A program made the translations under genes and the position numbers. The notes beneath the pieces are model-generated. The model searched no databases. It was not told the DNA's origin and worked only from the letters and a program-made list of their open reading frames with translations. Source: an uncultured Acidimicrobiales bacterium (lineage in GTDB: Bacteria; Actinomycetota; Acidimicrobiia; Acidimicrobiales; DATKAS01). Taken from it: 64,000 nt of DNA. The stretch spans positions 32,466 through 96,465 of the forward strand of contig CAVSDE010000007.1 in assembly GCA_963726695.1 (NCBI GenBank). The letters are read 5' to 3'. Shown here one piece after another: positions 59,271 through 64,000 of this stretch; position 1 is the stretch's first letter; each line of letters begins with the position of its first letter.

Positions 59271-59285
59271 TGGCAGTCACTGCCA
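59271..59285. promoter_or_regulatory. 15-bp perfect palindrome upstream of the TetR/ABC operon (candidate TetR operator)
   Basis: tggcagt-c-actgcca lies about 63 nt upstream of the TetR start. An imperfect 14-bp inverted repeat (59213-59226 / 59240-59253) just upstream could be the terminator of the preceding gene. Confidence 0.4.
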
Positions 59286-59347
59286 GATGGCAGGGAATGG
59301 CGCATGTCACATTGCGTCACGATTGAAGTGCTGCGATCCTTTGGCGT

Positions 59348-59935
59348 GTGATGGAGACGGGGCTGCGCGAACGAAAGAAGGAGCGCACCCGCCAAGACCT
59401 GGTCCGCTCCGCCCTGCGCCTTTTCGCCGATCGAGGGTTCGACCAGGTCACGGTCGAGGAGCTGGCCGCCGAGTGCGAGGTCTCTCCCCGCACCTTCTTC
59501 CGCTACTTCGCCTCCAAGGAAGACGTGCTCTTCGCCCAGGGCGACCGGTCGCTCGTGCAGCTGCTCGAGACGCTCCGCGGTGAGCCTGCCGACGTCTCTG
59601 CGCTCGAAGCGCTGCGTCAGGCGGTGCGCACCCTCGCCGAGAACTACGAGGAGGACAAAGAGGCGGTGATCCTGCGCCACCGCATCATGTCGGCGACGCC
59701 CGCGCTGCGTACCCGTGCCGCAGAACGCCAGCAAGGGTGGGAGGCGGCGGTCATCGACCAGCTGACGGTCAGCGGTCAGACCCACGACATGGACGAGCTC
59801 GACATCCGGCTCGTCGTCGCCGCCGCGACCACTGCGTTGCGAGTCGCTGTGACCGTGTGGGTGGGCGACACCACCGACCTGGGCCTCGAAGCGCTCATCG
59901 ACACGACATTCGACCGGCTGCACCGCGGCCTCTGA
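59348..59935 (+). CDS. TetR-family transcriptional regulator
   Basis: RERKKERTRQDLVRSALRLFADRGFDQVTVEELAAECEVSPRTFFRYFASKEDVL. Confidence 0.85.
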   Translation: MMETGLRERKKERTRQDLVRSALRLFADRGFDQVTVEELAAECEVSPRTFFRYFASKEDVLFAQGDRSLVQLLETLRGEPADVSALEALRQAVRTLAENYEEDKEAVILRHRIMSATPALRTRAAERQQGWEAAVIDQLTVSGQTHDMDELDIRLVVAAATTALRVAVTVWVGDTTDLGLEALIDTTFDRLHRGL

Positions 59936-59952
59936 CCCCGAAAGCACCCGCG

Positions 59953-61688
59953 TTGCTCATTCGCCTCCTCCGCACCCAGCTCCGCCCCTACCGCTCGGTC
60001 CTCATCGCCGTGTGCGTCCTGCAGTTCCTGCAGACGATCTGCACGCTGTTCCTCCCGACGCTCAACGCGAAGATCATCAACAACGGCATCCTGACGGGCG
60101 ACAACGCCTACATCCTGCGCGTTGGCGCGTTGATGCTCGCCATCACGCTCGTGCAGATCTGCTTCGCGATCGGCGCGGTCTACTACGGGTCGCGTGCCTC
60201 GATGGGCTTCGGTCGCGACGTCGCGCGGCAACCTGTTTCACAGCGTCACCGGGTTCTCGAGCCGGGAGGTGAACCAGTTCGGTGCGCCTTCGCTGATCAC
60301 CCGGATCACGAACGACGTCCAGCAGGTGCAGATGATGGTCTTCATGACCTGCACGTTGCTCATCGCTGCCCCTATGACCGCAATCGGCGGCACGGTTCTG
60401 GCGCTGCGCGAGGACGTGGGACTGTCGGTGATCCTGCTGGTCAGCATCCCCGCTCTCCTGCTCGTCGTCGGTTCGATCATCTCCCGCATGGTGCCCACGT
60501 TCCGAGTGATGCAGGACCGCATCGACGGCGTGAACCGAGTGCTACGAGAGCAGATCACCGGCGTGCGTGTGGTGCGTGCCTTCGTCCGAGAGCCGGAGGA
60601 GACGGAACGCTTCGACGCAACGAATGGCGAGCTCACCGCCACCTCGCTGACGGCCGGTCGCCTTATGGCGCTGATGATGCCAAGCGTCATGCTCATCACG
60701 AACTTGTCGAGCGTCGCGGTGATCTGGTTCGGCTCGAACCGCATCGCCGACGGCACCCTCACCCTCGGCGCCATGATCGCGTTTCTCAGCTACCTCACCC
60801 AGATCCTGATGGCCGTCATGATGGCAACGTGGATGGCCGCGCTCATCCCCCGCGCCGCAGTCTGCGCCGACCGCATCCAAGAGGTGCTCGATACCGACAC
60901 CTCCGTCGTCATCTCTCCGACCGCGATCTCAAAGGTCTCGTCCCGCGGCCTCGTCGAGATGCGGAACGTCGCCTTCGCATACCCGGGCGCAGAGGAGCCA
61001 GTGGTCAGCGGCGTGAGCTTCACGTCGCTGCCGGGGCAGACCACTGCAATCGTCGGCAGCACGGGCTCTGGCAAGACGACGCTCATCAGCCTCGTGCCAC
61101 GGCTCTTCGACGCGACCCAGGGCACGGTCCTGGTCGACGGGGTCGACGTGCGCGACCTCCAACCCGAGGTGCTGTGGGAGCGCGTCGGTTTGGTGCCCCA
61201 GAAGCCGTACCTCTTCTCGGGCACGGTCGCGAGCAACCTGCAGTACGGACGGTCCGACGCCACCGAAGAGCAGATGTGGGAGGCGCTCGAGATCGCCCAG
61301 GCCCGTGACTTCGTCGCAGCGATGCCGGGCGGGCTCGAGGCCTCGATCTCCCAGGGCGGCACCAACGTGTCCGGCGGTCAACGACAGCGCCTGGCCATCG
61401 CTCGCGCCGTCGTGCGCAGGCCCGAGGTCTACCTGTTCGACGACTCGTTCTCGGCGCTCGATCTCGCCACCGACGTGGTGGCTGCGAGCCGCGCTCGCCC
61501 CACACCTCGCCAGCTCGACAGTGCTCGTGGTGGCGCAGCGCATCTCCACGATCCTGTCCGCGGACCAGATCCTGGTGCTCGACGACGGCGTGCCCGTCGG
61601 GTTGGGCCCGCATGGCGAGCTGCTCGAAACCTGTCCGACCTACGCGGAGATCGTCGCCTCGCAGATGAGCTCGCAGGACGCAGCATGA
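59953..61688 (+). CDS. ABC exporter, fused permease-ATPase (type I exporter half-transporter); frameshifts near 60221 and 61479
   Basis: TTG 59953 gives MLIRLLRTQLRPYRS. TMD motif: SLITRITNDVQQVQ. Walker A: GSTGSGKTT. Signature: VSGGQRQRLAIARA. Walker B: VYLFDDSFSALD. The C-terminus is in ORF 61305..61688. Confidence 0.8.
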
Positions 61689-63618
61689 GCGACTCCGGCA
61701 AGACTCCGACCAACGGCAGGCCGACCAACGGCAGTCCCGCGAACGGCGACGCGAAGAACGGCGACGAGAAGGTCGGCCCTCCGGTCGGCGAGCGCGTCGG
61801 GTTCGGCAGCGGTCGCATGCCCTCGGCGGGCATCCCGATGGAGAAGTCGCTCAACTTCGGCCCATCGGTCAAGCGGCTGCTGCGCAGGATGGGCCCCGAC
61901 GTACGACTCCTCGGCGTCGTCTTCGTCCTCGCCGTCATCGGCGTCACCCTCGTCGTCTTCGGGCCGAAGGTGCTGGGTCACGCGACCGACCTCATCGTGT
62001 CGGGCCTGTTCGGCGGTGGCGGCATCGACTTCGGCGAGCTGCACAAGACGCTGGCGCTCGCGGTCGGCTTGTACGCGGGGTCAGCCGTGCTCGTCTGGCT
62101 CCAGGGCTTCATCCTCGCCGGCGTCGTGCAACGCACGATGTTCCGGCTGCGCGGCGGACGTCGAGTCCAAGCTCAACACCCTCCCGCTGAGCTACATCGA
62201 CCAGCACGCTCGTGGCGATCTCCTCAGCCGCGTCACGAACGACATCGACAACATCGCGCAGAGCCTGCAGCAATCACTGAGCCAGCTCCTGACGTCGACC
62301 CTGACGATCATCGGGGTCACGATCATGATGTTCACGATCTCGCCCCTGCTCTCGCTCGTGGCGATCTTCACCATCCCCATCTCCCTCTTCACGATCAAGC
62401 GGATTGCGAAGCACGCGCAGCCTCGCTTCATCGCGCAGTGGCGGCACACCGGCCTCCTGAACGCCCAAGTCGAGGAAGCGTTCACGGGCCACGCAGTGGT
62501 GAAGGCGTTCGGACGCCAGCACGAGGTCGAAGAGCGGTTCGCGAAGACGAACGAAGATCTCTACGACGCCAGCTTCGGGGCGCAGTTCGCGTCGGGCGCC
62601 ATCCAGCCGGCGATGATGTTCATCGGGAACCTCAACTTCGTGGCGATCGCCGTCATCGGCGGGCTGCGCGTCTCGGCTGGCGCGATGACGATCGGCGACA
62701 TCCAGGCGTTCATCCAGTACTCACGCCAGTTCACGCAGCCGATCACGCAGGTGGCGTCGATGGCCAACGTGCTTCAGTCCGGCATCGCGTCGCTCGAGCG
62801 AGTCTTCGAGCTGCTGGACGCCGACGAGCAGACGCCCGACGCGCTGCCGCCCGCGTACGTCTCCCAGCCGCGAGGCCGGGTCGAGTTCGAGCACGTGACC
62901 TTCTCCTATGACAAGGACCGCGAGCTCATCCGCGATTTGTCGCTCGTCGCGGAACCGGGGAGCACCGTCGCGATCGTCGGGCCGACCGGCGCCGGCAAGA
63001 CGACGCTCGTCAACCTGATCATGCGCTTCTACGAGCTCGACGGAGGCCGCATCACGCTCGACGGAGTCGACATCTCCGCGATGCGCCGCCGCGACCTCCG
63101 CTCGGACATCGGCATGGTGCTGCAGGACACGTGGCTCTTCGGAGGCACGATCCACGACAACATCGCCTACGGCAACCCCGACGCGACCGAGGAGCAGGTC
63201 AGCGCGGCTGCGAAGGCGGCCTACGTCGACCGGTTCGTGCACATGCTGCCCCAGGGCTACGACTCGGTGGTCGACGACGAGGGCGGCAGCATCAGCGCCG
63301 GCGAGAAGCAGCTCATCACGATCGCTCGCGCGTTCCTCGCGGACCCCGCAATCTTGATCCTCGACGAGGCGACCAGCTCGGTCGACACGCGCACCGAGGT
63401 GCTCATCCAGAAGGCGATGTCCGCGCTGCGCTCGTCACGCACGAGCTTCGTCATCGCCCACCGCCTCTCCACGATCCGCGACGCCGACACGATCCTGGTC
63501 ATGGACGGCGGACAGATCGTCGAGCAGGGCAACCATGCCGAGCTGCTCACCGCAGGAGGCAGCGTACGCGAACCTGTACAACGCGCAGTTCGCGGGCGCC
63601 GCAGTCGATCTCGTCTGA
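61685..63618 (+). CDS. ABC exporter, fused permease-ATPase, partner half-transporter; frameshifts near 62152 and 63561
   Basis: ATGA overlap with the previous gene. Contains [25 protein letters not shown]. Walker A: GPTGAGKTT. Signature: [14 protein letters not shown]. Walker B: [12 protein letters not shown]. The true C-terminus [18 protein letters not shown]-stop is in a shifted frame. Confidence 0.8.
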
Positions 63619-63637
63619 CCTCGATCTCGTCTCGCGG

Positions 63638-64000
63638 TCAGAAGGGCTTACGCAGCTCGACGAGGTGAAAGTCGGTACGCACCGCGCCGGAGTGCTCGTG
63701 GAACGGGAACGGCTCGGTTCGCCCGGTCAGCTCGTATCCCCGTCGCTCGTACCAGGCGATGAGGTTGTCCCGGATGTTGATGACGACTGCGGTCATGCCC
63801 TTCGAGCCCCAGAGGTCGCGAGCCGACCGCTCGGCCTCGGCAAGCAAGGCCTTCCCGAGCCCCGCTGCTTGGGTGCGGGGGTCGATCGAGAACATGCCGA
63901 AGTAGCCGTCGTCGCCGTGGCGCTCGATGAGCACGCATCCGACGACCTGGCCGGCCTGCTCGGCGAGGACAAAGCGGCTCTCCGGGTCGGCGATCAGCTC
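63638..64000 (-). CDS. GNAT-family N-acetyltransferase (N-terminus beyond window edge)
   Basis: [62 protein letters not shown]. The ORF is open to the right-hand window edge. Confidence 0.7.
   Translation of the reverse strand, partial: ELIADPESRFVLAEQAGQVVGCVLIERHGDDGYFGMFSIDPRTQAAGLGKALLAEAERSARDLWGSKGMTAVVINIRDNLIAWYERRGYELTGRTEPFPFHEHSGAVRTDFHLVELRKPF

Noticed and set aside
1-64000. Programmed ribosomal frameshifting or transcriptional slippage as an explanation for the frame changes.
   Set aside because: The shifts occur in dozens of unrelated housekeeping-type genes, in both directions. I could see no slippery heptamers or downstream structures at the junctions I inspected. Indel error or decay is far more parsimonious.
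1-64000. A genomic island, prophage or integrative element.
   Set aside because: I saw no integrase, transposase, tRNA attachment site, flanking direct repeats or extended low-GC block. The only AT-richer stretches are short intergenic segments.

Overview
Very GC-rich, gene-dense chromosomal segment of about 60 genes. The gene content looks actinobacterial: Hanks-type Ser/Thr kinases, an FHA protein, TetR/MarR/PadR/ECF regulators, many GTG starts and many 4-nt GTGA/ATGA stop-start overlaps. I found no rRNA, tRNA, CRISPR array, transposase or integrase.

Gene blocks, left to right:
- (1) A membrane b-type-like domain fused to a multiheme cytochrome c, coupled to a TPR protein. It is badly frameshifted.
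- (2) A cyclic-nucleotide module: a cNMP-binding/SH3 membrane protein, an MBL hydrolase and a class III cyclase-AAA-TPR protein.
- (3) An FMN reductase plus a polytopic membrane protein carrying perfect 168-bp in-frame tandem repeats.
- (4) A Ser/Thr kinase fused to an extracytoplasmic HtrA-like protease-PDZ, followed by an FHA protein.
- (5) TetR, amidohydrolase, agmatinase-family enzyme and two tandem double-cupredoxin lipoproteins.
- (6) DUF1353, FAD oxidase, macro domain and NUDIX genes.
- (7) The most unusual block. A Ser/Thr kinase is fused to a dynamin-like GTPase and translationally coupled to a second, membrane-inserting dynamin-like GTPase. This operon is divergent from a membrane-anchored Hsp70-like ATPase with extracytoplasmic sensor-like domains, an ECF sigma factor and an anti-sigma-like protein.
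- (8) An SDR/QueA-like/HTH operon.
- (9) A CDP-hexose modification cluster (rfbF, rfbG, C-methyltransferase, DegT aminotransferase, WbqC, GNAT, TylM1-like N-methyltransferase) with a decayed chimeric centre.
- (10) A Tat-signal protein, a DUF4331 protein and a His-rich protein.
- (11) A ClC channel, MarR and PadR.
- (12) A molybdoenzyme plus modABC.
- (13) A polytopic protein with a degenerate kinase-like domain and a flippase-like TM domain.
- (14) A TetR plus a heterodimeric ABC exporter.

Major caveat: roughly 40-50 apparent +/-1 frameshifts interrupt otherwise family-typical genes. Most look like homopolymer indel errors. Coordinates of frameshifted genes are therefore envelopes, not clean ORFs. 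All family calls come from motif recognition by eye, with no database search.
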